From: Candidatus Poribacteria bacterium
GTDB lineage: Bacteria; Poribacteria; WGA-4E; WGA-3G
DNA: 64,000 nucleotides
Reading direction: 5' to 3'
NCBI GenBank assembly: GCA_964291315.2
Contig: OZ219753.1
Span: 2,624,001-2,688,000 of the forward strand
Part shown: positions 1 to 11,286 of the stretch, one piece after another
Layout of the letters: each line of letters starts with the position of its first letter
Numbering within the stretch: position 1 is the first letter of the stretch
The notes under the pieces: model-generated
The model's input: the letters and a program-made list of their open reading frames with translations, nothing else
Database searches by the model: none
What the model was told of the DNA's origin: nothing
Position numbers and translations under genes: made by a program

Positions 1-25
1 AAGATTCAGCCGGCGGGAAATAAGG

Positions 26-937
26 ATGCAGGACAATTGCAGTACATGGCAAGATAGATGTACCTATTGGATAGTGGCTGTCTTCGGATGGTGGTGCCGC
101 TGTCTCCCGAAGAGATGGGCAATGCATCTAGGGAGCGGCGTAGGCATGCTGTATTATCATTTTGCCAAAAAACGACGTGAGATTGCACAAGGTAACTTAC
201 AGGTGGCGTTTAACACATACTTCACGCCATCGCAGTGCAGGGAAATTTGCAAGGCCAGTTTTATCAACGTCGGAAAAACTTGTGTTGAGTTCCTGCGGTC
301 CCCCAAACTCAACACTGAAAATATTTGGCGGGAGGTTACTGTGGAAGGCACGGTAAACCTCTATACGGCGCTGGCGAAAGGAAAAGGGGCCATTGTGTTT
401 CTGTCGCATTTTGGAAACTGGGAACTCCTTTCACTAGTATACGGCGCGCTAATCCCGGAGCGCGCCAAAGCGATCGCTTTCCCGTTGAAAAACAAGCTGA
501 TCAATGCCTACGTTTGGAGGCGTCGCGAACAGATGAGTTTGAAACTGATTCCTCGAAATCAAGCTATTCGAGAGACCCTCCGCGCCCTGAAAAATAACCA
601 AGCAGTCGGGGTCTTTGCCGATCAGAATGCGGGACCAGAAGGTGTATTTGTCGATTTTTTGGGGACACCCGCATCAGCAGCTCGAGCACCGGTTGTGTTA
701 GCACGCAAAACGGGCGCACCGCTCCTTTTTTCATTGAGCATACGTCAACCAGATGACCGACACCACGTCTATATTTCAAGACCGATTTATGTCAAAACCT
801 CTGGCGATTCTGAACAAGATGTTGCGGTCTACACAGCGCAGATGCTCAAGCAATTGGAAACATATATCCATAAGTATCCAGAACAGTGGCTGTGGCTTCA
901 CAATCGATGGAAAACGCGACCGCAGGATAGCGGCTAG
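26..937 (+). CDS. Lipid A biosynthesis lauroyl/late acyltransferase (LpxL/HtrB family)
   Basis: HFGNWE (HxxxxD/E) motif, FADQ, FVDFLG and C-terminal PEQWLWLHNRWK typical of Lip_A_acyltrans. Confidence 0.88.
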   Translation: MQDNCSTWQDRCTYWIVAVFGWWCRCLPKRWAMHLGSGVGMLYYHFAKKRREIAQGNLQVAFNTYFTPSQCREICKASFINVGKTCVEFLRSPKLNTENIWREVTVEGTVNLYTALAKGKGAIVFLSHFGNWELLSLVYGALIPERAKAIAFPLKNKLINAYVWRRREQMSLKLIPRNQAIRETLRALKNNQAVGVFADQNAGPEGVFVDFLGTPASAARAPVVLARKTGAPLLFSLSIRQPDDRHHVYISRPIYVKTSGDSEQDVAVYTAQMLKQLETYIHKYPEQWLWLHNRWKTRPQDSG

Positions 938-1119
938 AGGGCAAGAGTTGGGATTAAGAACCGTCCTATGCTAAGCGGTCGGAATTTGGAACCTCTCGTA
1001 CTAATAAACAACCTATAAAAAATATATTTGCATTGATATTGAACACATGTTAAAATAATCAGAAACTTCGAAAACTCTGACACGTACACATCAGACTTTG
1101 AACCCCAGAGGAAATACTC

Positions 1120-2670
1120 ATGAAAAGATACACTTTGTCCTTTATCGTTTTAGTCATAGCTATCGGTATCCCGTTCCTGATCATTAATCCGAGTGAAAGA
1201 AGCGCGATAAGCGGGAATGAACGTGTTACCCCGGAGATGCTAAACGAAACCATCAGAGACGTTATACGGACTGCTGAAAGAAACTACTATAAACCGATCG
1301 AGGATAGCAATGAGATGTTCCGCGGTTCCATTAAAGGCGCACTTGCGTCTCTCGAAGATCCCTACACATATTACGTTTCGCGTCGGGAGCAGCAGCGTGC
1401 TATCGAAAATCTGTACAATGCCACATTTGGAGGACTTGGCATCCATCTCTACTACGATCACCGAGGGTTTATCAAGATTTCCAAACCGATCCCCAGCACT
1501 CCTGCTGCGCTTGCTAACCTCCAAGCCGGGGATTATATTACCAAAGTCAACGGTCAGCGGATCCACCTGAGTGAAAAAACGGGCATGACAATTGCTGATG
1601 TGGTTGATTTGCTCAGAGGCGAACTAGAAACTGATGTGACGATCACCATACAACGCAAATTTCTTGAACCCTTCGATGTGACACTGACGCGTGGCAAAAT
1701 TCCAATCAGCAGTGTCAAGTCAACAATGCTCGATGGAGACATCGGCTATATCCAAATCACTGGATTCATCGGGAGCAGGCGCGAAGATGGGACAGAAGGT
1801 GAATTTACTGAAGCCCTCGAATTGCATAAAGAGGCAGGTATGAAAGCACTTATTTTGGATTTACGGAACAACCAAGGCGGTTTGCTAAATGCTGCATACC
1901 ATATCGCAGACGCTTTTATTGATGAAGGTGTCATCGTTTCTACAAAAGGAAATAGAAAAGAATTTAATGAGGAATACCGTGCAACGTCCGAGCTTTTGTG
2001 TCCACGGGACATACCGCTCATTATTCTTGTTAATCAATATAGCGCGAGCGCCTCTGAAATTGTGGCGGGTGCGATTAAGGATACACGGCGTGGCATTCTT
2101 GTCGGACAGAAAACTTACGGTAAAGGTGTGGTTCAGAAACGTTACCCACTGCCAGATGGTGGTTCAATGTCTCTTACTGTCTCTACCTATTACACCCCAA
2201 ACGGCACCTCAATTAACAACGTAGGCATCACACCGCAAGTTCCTGTTAAACCTGAGGAACTCGACGAGGTAGAACAGCTAATGCTCAGAAAGGTGGATTC
2301 AAGCGATACCCTCGGAAACTTTGTCGCTAAATGGATTGATGACCAGTACAAAAGTCCGGGGGAAATGCCCAAAGATTTCTCGATGCTCGAAGTTGAGCTG
2401 CCAAAATTACAGAAGACGCTTGAAAAAGAACGAATCTTCGTCAGTCTGCGATGGTTGAAACAACGTGCAGAGAAGGTTTTTAACCTTCATGTCGGGATTG
2501 AACAAGTCGTTAATCTAGCATATGATTGGCAGTTACAAGAGGCAATCCACATTATTAAAGCTGGCGAAGTTGGAAAATACCTTGAGCCGATACTAGAGGA
2601 AAAGTCGGAACTACCCTCAACAACACAAACCACTCCACTTGTAGAACAAGAACCGATAGCTGAGGAATAA
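1120..2670 (+). CDS. ctpA: Carboxyl-terminal processing protease, S41A family (PDZ + peptidase)
   Basis: DPYTYY, FGGLGI PDZ, ILDLRNNQGG, SASASEIVAGA, GQKTYGKGVVQ motifs; N-terminal signal/TM. Confidence 0.93.
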   Translation: MKRYTLSFIVLVIAIGIPFLIINPSERSAISGNERVTPEMLNETIRDVIRTAERNYYKPIEDSNEMFRGSIKGALASLEDPYTYYVSRREQQRAIENLYNATFGGLGIHLYYDHRGFIKISKPIPSTPAALANLQAGDYITKVNGQRIHLSEKTGMTIADVVDLLRGELETDVTITIQRKFLEPFDVTLTRGKIPISSVKSTMLDGDIGYIQITGFIGSRREDGTEGEFTEALELHKEAGMKALILDLRNNQGGLLNAAYHIADAFIDEGVIVSTKGNRKEFNEEYRATSELLCPRDIPLIILVNQYSASASEIVAGAIKDTRRGILVGQKTYGKGVVQKRYPLPDGGSMSLTVSTYYTPNGTSINNVGITPQVPVKPEELDEVEQLMLRKVDSSDTLGNFVAKWIDDQYKSPGEMPKDFSMLEVELPKLQKTLEKERIFVSLRWLKQRAEKVFNLHVGIEQVVNLAYDWQLQEAIHIIKAGEVGKYLEPILEEKSELPSTTQTTPLVEQEPIAEE

Positions 2671-2691
2671 CCAATCTCAACATGAGTTCAG

Positions 2692-4623
2692 ATGGATGCC
2701 AAAACTGCAAACCGCCCCGATGTCATTACCACAAAAGCCATCATTATCGGCCTCATTCTAGTCGTTGTTAACGCCTATTGGGTTGGCATAGCCAGCGAGC
2801 TATGGTATGCGGTTTATACACTCGTCTCACCGTTTTCTAACGCAGTCTTCACGCTAGTCGTGCTTCTTGCCCTCAACGTCCTGTTTCGCAAGTTCTCACC
2901 ACGTCTCGCTCTTACCGCTGCAGAATTACTGCTCATCTACGTTATGGTAACGATGGTGTCCACGATCTCTGGACACGCGATGATGGCGATTCTGATGGGG
3001 ACGCTTGCCCACCCGTTTTGGTTCGCAACCCCTGAAAATGAATGGGCACAACTATTCCTGCATCACATTCCGCCATGGCTGACCGTTTACGAATTCGAGG
3101 GGTTAGCAGGCTATTACGAAGGTGAATCCAGTATCTATTGGGCAGAACATCTCCGTATCTGGGTGCGACCGGCGCTTATCTGGTCCGGTTTTATCTTTTT
3201 ACTCTATGGATCCCTCCTCTGCTTAGGACTACTCCTCCGCAAGCAGTGGATGGAGCGCGAAAAACTGAGCTTCCCACTAACGCAGCTGCCGCTGCAAATG
3301 ACGACGAACCGCAACTTCTTTCGCTCGCGCGCGCTCTGGTTGGGATTTGGTCTTGCCGCACTGCTTCGGGTAATAGCCGGACTGCACGATATTTTCCCTG
3401 CAATTCCAGCGATGCCACCGAATTACCGGCTCGACCAACACTTCACGGAACGCCCTTGGAATGCGATCGGCTACGTCTCGATGTCATTTAACCTTGCGAT
3501 TGTCGGGTTGACCTATTTTATGCCGTTAGACTTGGCATTTTCAACGTGGTTTTTCTTCTGGCTCACCCGAGCAGAGCGGGTGATCGCGAGCATGGTTGGT
3601 GTTACAAATATCAGTGTCCTGCATCTCAACGATCGCGCCTCTGGCGCTTGGGTAGGGATCGCGGTGCTGACGATCTGGATGAGCCGGCGGCATTTTGCTC
3701 GTTTCTTCCGACACACTCTCGGGCGCGAACGTGGCGACGATAGTACCGAACCTTTCTCTTACCGAACCGTAGCGATCTTGACAGTAGTGAGTGTAGGACT
3801 TGTCTTTGCCTTTTGTTATATTGCAGGCATGTCATTGTGGGCGATCGCTGTGTTTTACGCGCTATTTGTTGCGTTCGCTGTAGCGATAGGGCGTGTGCGC
3901 GCCGAACTCGGGCCCCCTTACCACGAAGTTATCGGTATCAATCCGCGGCAAATGATGGTAAGCATATTTGGAACACGGCACTTGGGGTCAGCGAACCTAA
4001 CTATAATGACGTTTCTCTATGCATTCAATCGATGCAATCGTTCCCATCCGATGCCGAATCAGATTGAGTCGCTCCGTATTGGGGATAGAGCCGGTATGCC
4101 GGGGAAAACCTTACTTCTGGGAATGGCACTTGCTATTGGAGTTGGAGCGTTAGCAACTTTCTGGACGTACCTACAAGTGGCGTATCGCTACGGCGTGTTG
4201 GCGCGGTGTCAAGGTTTCGTCGGGCGTTTTGGATGGGAGAGTTTTAATCCGCTTCAGAGCTGGCTGCAGCATCCACTAGAACCCGACATCAGCGCTATCA
4301 CATTCATGTGTGGGGGCTTTACGTTTGTATTCCTTCTTCAGTTTTTAAGGACACGCTTGTTGTGGTGGACGCTCCATCCATCAGGTTATGTCCTTTCAGG
4401 AGCGTCATGGGGCGGACTCATCTACTTCTGGTTCCCAGTCATGGTGAGCTGGTTCCTTAAGTTCTTGATTCTCCGCTTCTGGGGGTGGCAGATGTATCGG
4501 AAAGCAATTCCGTTTTTCCTCGGTTTGGTCTTAGGAGACTACATTCCGAGAAGCATTCTGAGTCTCACCAGTTTTGCGTTAAACCTTTGGATGCCTTCTT
4601 CCGGAGCAGGACATACACTTTAG
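2692..4623 (+). CDS. Polytopic membrane protein (DUF6785/DUF6784-like, putative transporter)
   Basis: 643 aa with many TM helices; QWMEREKLSFPL and PFFLGLVLGD motifs recalled for this family. Confidence 0.65.
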   Translation: MDAKTANRPDVITTKAIIIGLILVVVNAYWVGIASELWYAVYTLVSPFSNAVFTLVVLLALNVLFRKFSPRLALTAAELLLIYVMVTMVSTISGHAMMAILMGTLAHPFWFATPENEWAQLFLHHIPPWLTVYEFEGLAGYYEGESSIYWAEHLRIWVRPALIWSGFIFLLYGSLLCLGLLLRKQWMEREKLSFPLTQLPLQMTTNRNFFRSRALWLGFGLAALLRVIAGLHDIFPAIPAMPPNYRLDQHFTERPWNAIGYVSMSFNLAIVGLTYFMPLDLAFSTWFFFWLTRAERVIASMVGVTNISVLHLNDRASGAWVGIAVLTIWMSRRHFARFFRHTLGRERGDDSTEPFSYRTVAILTVVSVGLVFAFCYIAGMSLWAIAVFYALFVAFAVAIGRVRAELGPPYHEVIGINPRQMMVSIFGTRHLGSANLTIMTFLYAFNRCNRSHPMPNQIESLRIGDRAGMPGKTLLLGMALAIGVGALATFWTYLQVAYRYGVLARCQGFVGRFGWESFNPLQSWLQHPLEPDISAITFMCGGFTFVFLLQFLRTRLLWWTLHPSGYVLSGASWGGLIYFWFPVMVSWFLKFLILRFWGWQMYRKAIPFFLGLVLGDYIPRSILSLTSFALNLWMPSSGAGHTL

Positions 4624-4775
4624 TATGAGGTCTTAATCCCCTGCAGTTAGCAGTCGGTAGAGGCACAATAAATTGCCTGCGTTGAAGCTACGGAACTGAT
4701 CAACTATCGGAGCATCGCTGTTATTTTTCGTTGGTCAGGTTCACCTCGCGCTTTTCAGTGAATGGAGATTAGAGT

Positions 4776-5809
4776 TTGACACCACTGCTTAAAGTTGAAT
4801 CCATTACAAAGTGCTTTGCTGCTACCCCTGTCGTTAAAGATTTGGGTTTCGCAGTTTATCCAGGGGAAATCTTCGCGCTGCTAGGACCAAGTGGTTGTGG
4901 AAAAACGACCACACTCCGCATAATAGCAGGCTTTGAAAGGGCGGACACTGGGACTATCTCTATGGGAAAACGTCCCCTCGTAAACAGCACGCTTCACGTC
5001 CCACCTGAATCGCGCGGCATCGGTTTTGTGTTCCAAGACTATGCCCTTTTCCCACACATGAACGTTCTCGACAACGTAGCCTTCGGCCTCCGAAATGTGC
5101 CCAAAAAAAAGAGGCGTGAACGGGTCTTTGAGATACTGGATATGGTCGGTTTGAGGAATCTACATGCACGGTTACCGCACCGCCTCTCGGGCGGCGAGCA
5201 ACAGCGGGTTGCGCTTGCACGCTCCATCATCGCCCGTCCGAAGCTCTTGCTTTTAGACGAACCTTTTTCGAGCCTCGATCCGGGACTGCGCCAAGCAACT
5301 AGAGATGAAGTCAAGGCACTCTTGAAAGCTGAGGGTATTAGCGCGGTGTTCGTTACCCACACGCAAGAAGAGGCGTTGAGTTTTGCCGAGCGCTTAGGGG
5401 TAATGAAGAACGGCACGGTTGAACAGATTGGCACGCCTGAAACTGTATATCAGCACCCGAAAACAGCTTACGTTGCTGATTTCCTCGGACAGACGAACTT
5501 CATCAACGCTTATGTGAAAAATGGGATCGCTGAAACGCCATTTGGACAGTAGAAGTGGAGGGAACCGCTACTGGGAAGATGCTGTTATCTATCCGCCCTG
5601 AACACTTAAAAATGATAACTCCTAATGCCGAAAATAGCGGCTCAAAAGAGGGACGTGTTGTTGGACAGGCGTTTAAGGGACACTATTTTACGTATCAGGT
5701 TGAAGTAGAAGGACAATCCTACTTCGTTCAGACAGACTCCCGTTGCTCATTCCAGGTTGATGATACTGTGCAGCTGAGAACGATTTCCGCGGTAGCGGTT
5801 GACAGGTAG
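4776..5809 (+). CDS. ABC transporter ATP-binding protein (FbpC/PotA-like, TOBE domain), split by a 1-nt frameshift at ~5549
   Basis: GPSGCGKTT, LSGGEQQRVALAR, LLLDEP; the C-terminal IRPE/TOBE part continues in another frame (cag[g]ta gaa gtg). Confidence 0.85.
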
Positions 5810-5885
5810 CTATCAGCGGTTACAAATCGCACCGATCCAATCCAAGTTAGAGACGAGCGTTAGAAGTTGGATTTAGTGCTTATGT

Positions 5886-8006
5886 CTACAGCATACTCCG
5901 AATTTCGTTAATCCCCTGGATCATACGCCTCAATGCGTCAGCCAGTTTGTCGAGCTCCGCTTGCACTGCTAAATCATCTCCATGCTCTAAGGCATCTATA
6001 ACACCTGGAAAAACGACCGCGGCGTAGCCCGTATTTAGCCCAGGAGCGTAGATGAGGTGCTTAAACCACGGACGCAAGGGCAATCCTGCCTCAGTTGTCA
6101 AGCTTCGTTCCAACTGATACAACCGCTGATTTATCTCCATCACTGTAGAGAGATCCCCGGCAGCAAGGTAGCCGTAGAGCTCTTGATTTAGCAACCCGGC
6201 TGCTTGCTGCCATTCCGTCAGAAGTCTATCTAACGCTGCGACATCTTTAGCGATCTTGTTTTTTGAACCAGAGTTTTGCAAGAATTTTAAGGGAGTCATC
6301 AGGGCCGTTGCATAAGTTTCATAGTCAAACGGCAAGACATCGGCGTTAGCAAGCTGCAGCGCAAGTGTTCCCCAAATCTTTGCCATTGCTGCTTGGTACT
6401 GAAACGTTGGGTCTCCGAAGTTTTCCATCCAGTAAAAGTTGTCTTGCATAGCGTGATAGACACCGTAGGGGCCACCGAATCCCATACTGACCGAGGAGAT
6501 ACCGGCATGTCCAATAAAAGGCGAGTGATCCGAACCGCTTCCGAGGTTCCCCACTTGTGGGATCTCCGTGCCTTGTCTCATTCTCCAACTTTCGTAAACG
6601 GGTTTCAGCGTCCGGGGGTCAATGACTTTTTGTGTTACCTCGCGAATTAATTCCTGCAGCGATGGTATCGCGCTTACATAGAACTCCTTACCAGTTGCTG
6701 CGATGTCCACGTTCAAGTACACAACGGCTTTCTGCTGGAGCGTCGATTTCAACTCCTCAACCCATTCACTTGAGCCCAAGACACCGAATTCCTCAGCGTC
6801 CCATGCGGCGAAAACGATACTCCGCTTTGGACGCATGCCGGCTTTGGCGAGTTTTCCTAAGGATTGTGCGACTTCTAATAGTGCAGCCGTGCCGCTTCCT
6901 GGATCCGCGGCACCATAAATCCAAGCATCGTGATGGTTGCCTAATATAACCCACTGGTCTGGATATTCTGTGCCTTCTAAGGTAGCGATGACGTTGTAAA
7001 TTGGACGGATGCTGTGATCACAACGGACTTTGAGGCGCACTTCTGCTGGTCCCGGGCCGATGTGATACGCAAAGGGTAAACCGCCTTGCCATTCCGCGGG
7101 GACGTTGGGGCCCGCGAGCGCCTTCAGAAGTGGTTCTGCGTCTCTATAGGCGAGTGGGACGACAGGGATCTTGGGCAGATCTGTGGCATCCGCAATCGTG
7201 ATTCTCTCGGCGTCTGCTGTCGCTGCCCATCCCGGTGTGAGCGGATCACTGGCGTGCTGGAAGATGTATTTGACCGTTCCACGTTGTATCGCATCAGCGG
7301 AACGCCATGGCCCCTGGGGATAAACATCTCCACGCATATAGCCGTCATCGGCGGGATCAGAGTAAAGAATCAAGCCAACAGCACCGTTATCGCCAGCGAC
7401 TTTGGCTTTCACACCGCGATAGCTGCCTCCATACCGCGCAATACAGATTTTCCTGTTTACTGAGATACCTCGGGCACTGAGAATTTGATAATCCTCAGGT
7501 AACCCTCTGTTGACATAGACGAGCTCAGCGGTTACATCGCCATCGGGTGAATAAGCGTTATATCCGGCAACGATGTCGGTTTCATAAGAGTCTTTATCCC
7601 ACTCCCAACTTGCCTCTTTGCCAAAAGCGACATACTCGTTAGGCGAAACCAGCTCGACATGCACCTCAAGTGGATACGGAAGGTAGACTTTATATTCATA
7701 CATCTCCACCTTCAAACCGTAGCTCTCAAACGTGTCACGAAGATACCTTGCCACCTTCTGGCTATTCTCAGTTCCTGCAAGGTGCGGTTCTTCACTGAGA
7801 TGCCGTAATTTATACCGGCATCCCTCAGCTGAAATCTGTTCTCGGAAAGCGTTCTCATATTGTTCTTGTGTAATCGCGTTTTCCGCTGTGAAACCGCGCA
7901 CCCCGGAAACGTCATTGGGAAAAAATGTAAATACAACAAGGTAACCAGAAACACAGACAATGAGTCTCCACGTCTGCTTTCGAAAATAAAAAATATCTAT
8001 TAGCAT
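5886..8006 (-). CDS. M28 family peptidase, glutamate carboxypeptidase II/transferrin-receptor-like (PA domain)
   Basis: PHLAGT, GNHHDAW, GAADPGSGTA, WDAEEFG, GSGSDH, YH motifs; RPWFKHLIYAPG dimerisation domain. Confidence 0.92.
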   Translation of the reverse strand: MLIDIFYFRKQTWRLIVCVSGYLVVFTFFPNDVSGVRGFTAENAITQEQYENAFREQISAEGCRYKLRHLSEEPHLAGTENSQKVARYLRDTFESYGLKVEMYEYKVYLPYPLEVHVELVSPNEYVAFGKEASWEWDKDSYETDIVAGYNAYSPDGDVTAELVYVNRGLPEDYQILSARGISVNRKICIARYGGSYRGVKAKVAGDNGAVGLILYSDPADDGYMRGDVYPQGPWRSADAIQRGTVKYIFQHASDPLTPGWAATADAERITIADATDLPKIPVVPLAYRDAEPLLKALAGPNVPAEWQGGLPFAYHIGPGPAEVRLKVRCDHSIRPIYNVIATLEGTEYPDQWVILGNHHDAWIYGAADPGSGTAALLEVAQSLGKLAKAGMRPKRSIVFAAWDAEEFGVLGSSEWVEELKSTLQQKAVVYLNVDIAATGKEFYVSAIPSLQELIREVTQKVIDPRTLKPVYESWRMRQGTEIPQVGNLGSGSDHSPFIGHAGISSVSMGFGGPYGVYHAMQDNFYWMENFGDPTFQYQAAMAKIWGTLALQLANADVLPFDYETYATALMTPLKFLQNSGSKNKIAKDVAALDRLLTEWQQAAGLLNQELYGYLAAGDLSTVMEINQRLYQLERSLTTEAGLPLRPWFKHLIYAPGLNTGYAAVVFPGVIDALEHGDDLAVQAELDKLADALRRMIQGINEIRSML

Positions 8007-8263
8007 TGTAATTAGTTATTACCCTCTTCTCTGTTTGTGTAGATCATAACATATTTCGCGGATACCTTCATTATATTTTACGAGGGTAGTTAGCAAGTCA
8101 ACATCCATTTTGGGTTAATGTTGAATCGCCAACTACGCAAAATCAAAGTTTGTGTAAAGAATCAATGGAATCTGTGCAAAGAATTAATCGGACAATTGAT
8201 TTTATCGCCACTATATGTTAAAATATAGTTAAGAGCTAAGGATTGACTACATAGGAGATTTAA

Positions 8264-8956
8264 ATGACTGCTAGGATTTTAATTGTAGAAGATGAAACGG
8301 ATATCGTAGACCTGCTGCAGTATAATTTACAAGAGGCTGGATTTGAAACGGACTACGTTCGGAACGGGGCGGATGCCCTGCATCGTGCTGTTGAAAAATC
8401 ACCAGACCTCATCTTGTTAGATCTAATGCTTCCAGAGGTAGATGGCCTTATTGTTTGTCGTCTATTGAAAAACGACCCAAGGACTAAAAACATCCCGATT
8501 GTTATGGTAACCGCTAAAGCTGAAGAGCGGGACCGTATCGCAGGTCTAGAACTAGGTGTGGACGACTACATCACTAAGCCGTTCAGTCCAAAAGAGGTAG
8601 TCCTACGGGTTTCAGCCGTGTTGCGCCGCATCCACACCGGCGAGCAGACAAAGGAGACCAAGCAGATCCAAAGGCACGGATTAACCATTGATCTTGATAA
8701 ACATCAAGTCCTGACCGAAACAGGGCCGATTGACCTCACTGCTACCGAGTTTAAACTTATCACACTTTTTGCACGTTCACCCGGACGTGTCTTTACCCGA
8801 GATATTCTAATGGATGTGATATGGGGCGAGGAATATTACGGCATCGATAGGACCGTAGACACACACGTCAGCAGGCTTCGCCGCAAGCTCGGTCAATTCG
8901 GGAATCATGTAGAGACGGTGCACGGCGTTGGATATCGGTTTAAAGAGGGGATCTGA
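8264..8956 (+). CDS. OmpR/PhoB family response regulator (likely PhoB/PhoP)
   Basis: Receiver (VEDE, DLMLP, KPFS) plus winged helix (RTVDTHVSRLRRKL, TVHGVGYRF); pst operon nearby. Confidence 0.9.
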   Translation: MTARILIVEDETDIVDLLQYNLQEAGFETDYVRNGADALHRAVEKSPDLILLDLMLPEVDGLIVCRLLKNDPRTKNIPIVMVTAKAEERDRIAGLELGVDDYITKPFSPKEVVLRVSAVLRRIHTGEQTKETKQIQRHGLTIDLDKHQVLTETGPIDLTATEFKLITLFARSPGRVFTRDILMDVIWGEEYYGIDRTVDTHVSRLRRKLGQFGNHVETVHGVGYRFKEGI

Positions 8957-9003
8957 CCTCAATCTCTGATCTTATTGTTCATGTTCATCATAGAGGTACT
9001 ATC

Positions 9004-10095
9004 TTGAGATTTCCTGGAGCAAAATTGTTAAAAACACGGGTATTTAAAAGATATTCCGAAAAGGTTGGACTGCCACCCGGAACCCTTGTTTATGTCGGAG
9101 AAGAAGACACAGAACCTGTTCGGATTACGGTTACTGATTATAATGATACATATTTTCATAAAGAAGAGGTTCAAACGATCCAGGAATGTTTACATTTCAC
9201 ATCATCCGAAACCGTCACGTGGATTCACATCGAGGGAATTCATGAAACAGAAATCATTGAAGAGATTGGAGAGCACTTCGAGGTCAATCACCTAGTCCTT
9301 GAGGACTTGATGAGTCCAACCCAACTTCCCAAAATAGAGGTATATGAAGGTTATGTTTTTATTATTCTCAAAAGCCTCTACTATGAACCCACAGCCTTAG
9401 GCGTTTCCAGAGAACAGATCGGACTTATTATCGGTAAGAATTTTGTGGTATCTCTCCAAGAAACTTCTACGGGCCTCTTCACATCAGTTCAAAATAGGAT
9501 CCAAAAGGCCCAGGGCAGAATCCGGAAGATGCATTCTGACTACCTCGCGTATGCTTTGATAGACGTTATTGTTGACTACTATTTTATGGCCTTGGAACAA
9601 CTCAGCGAGGCAATCCTAGTGGTGGAAGAAGAAGCCATCGCGGACCCTACACCAGAAGTTCTAGAAAAAATCAATATCTTGAGAAAAGAGTGCCTTCTTC
9701 TACGTAGACCGCTGCTCCCATTCCGTAACGTGGTTAATGAGATTTTAGCAGCTGAGATTCCGCTGCTTGGAAAAGAGACATATCTGTATTTTCGCGATGT
9801 TTATGATCACCTGATTCAGGTGATCCATACATTAGAGATGCTTCGGAGTACAGTCTCAGGACTATTTGATACCTATACCTCGGCGGTTAGTCATCGAATG
9901 AATGAGGTTATGAAGGTTCTGACTATTGTTGCTACATTTTTTATTCCGTTGACCTTCATTGCCGGTATTTACGGAATGAATTTCAAATCTATGCCAGAAC
10001 TTGAAATGCCATGGGGATATCCTGCTATCTTGTTAGTCATGGTGGGCATCAGCATCTTTATGTTCATCTATTTTAAACTCAAAAAATGGTTCTGA
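9004..10095 (+). CDS. corA: Magnesium/cobalt transporter CorA
   Basis: GLPPGTL N-terminus, YGMNF signature, MPEL, two C-terminal TMs. Confidence 0.95.
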   Translation: MRFPGAKLLKTRVFKRYSEKVGLPPGTLVYVGEEDTEPVRITVTDYNDTYFHKEEVQTIQECLHFTSSETVTWIHIEGIHETEIIEEIGEHFEVNHLVLEDLMSPTQLPKIEVYEGYVFIILKSLYYEPTALGVSREQIGLIIGKNFVVSLQETSTGLFTSVQNRIQKAQGRIRKMHSDYLAYALIDVIVDYYFMALEQLSEAILVVEEEAIADPTPEVLEKINILRKECLLLRRPLLPFRNVVNEILAAEIPLLGKETYLYFRDVYDHLIQVIHTLEMLRSTVSGLFDTYTSAVSHRMNEVMKVLTIVATFFIPLTFIAGIYGMNFKSMPELEMPWGYPAILLVMVGISIFMFIYFKLKKWF

Positions 10096-10386
10096 ATTTC
10101 TTTAAATCAACCGAAACTTTATCAGAGTCAACAAGTAAAACGAGAAAACCTATAAAGATGTGAGTACTGCATACCGAATGCATCTGATTTAGTCTAACCA
10201 ACCTGTAATACCTATCCGCGAACCGATTGGCAACGGATAATAGTGAACCACTGGCAGAAAAGTAATACTATAAGTATACGGCAACTTTGCGGGTTACGCT
10301 ATAGCTGTCGGACAAAGTGCTTAGAGCACGGGTACCAACATTATTGACGATAGTTGTATCTGACAAATACCAGAAAGGGGAATACA

Positions 10387-11286
10387 ATGTTTGCAGATGT
10401 CATAGCAAGTTTGGAAAACTTCATAAGTTCTATAGTTAACTCGCCCTTCAGAGGCATCATTTTAAGTGTTTTCACAATCTCGACTTTACTTATTATCAAG
10501 CCAATTTCAGGGTACTTTGTCAAAAGGTACGTCTACCAAAACGCTCAAGTGGAATCAAAAGCCCAAAACTTCATGGCGGTCTGGGGGTATACCTGGACGG
10601 CGATCATCGCTATCTTTGGAATTATTAGTCTCAGTGGCTCGTTGAAAACGCTGGGTATCTCAGCAGGATTTCTGGGGATGGTTTTGGGCTAGTCCTTGCA
10701 GGCACCGGTTACAGGGATCGCGGCCTGGTTGATGCTTATTTTAAAACGGCCCTTCAAGATTGGAGATCGTGTCATTATTGCCGGTGTCACAGGCGACGTT
10801 ATGGATATTACCTTAACGCACGTCATCTTGAACCAAGTTGGATGAACTGTCTCTAGCGAGGAACGTTCGGGGCGCGGCATCCTCATCCCGAATGCAATTC
10901 TTTTTGGCCAGACAATTACCAACTACACCTTAGAAGAGGAGTATATTTTGGTTGAGGGGCCCGTACGGATTACCTTTAAATCAGATTGGGCGGAAGCAGA
11001 ACGAATTCTGTTGAGGGCGGCACAAGAGGTTACAGCCGACATTATCAAAGAGATCGGAGAGGAGCCTTTTATTCGCGCGGAACTCTTTGACGCAGGAGTA
11101 ATGATGCGACTGCGCTACAAAACGCGCCTAGTAGATCGAGCAAAAAGTCTGAGTGATATTGTCAAAATTATCTTTCATGAATTCTCAAAGAATAAAAACG
11201 TTGCGTTCTGTTACGCACACTCAGAAATCATCTATTCATGGAAAGATCAAACCGCCCTGCTGGGGAATCTACGTGAGGTCCAATGA
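10387..11286 (+). pseudogene. MscS-family mechanosensitive channel with two in-frame stops (TAG 10690, TGA 10843)
   Basis: One continuous frame: ...MVLG*SLQAPVTGIAAWLMLILKRPFKIGDRV...NQVG*TVSSEERSGR..IPN; aligns to downstream paralogue (GWG..NPVTNLAAW; QVGGTIGGEEKSGR). Confidence 0.85.
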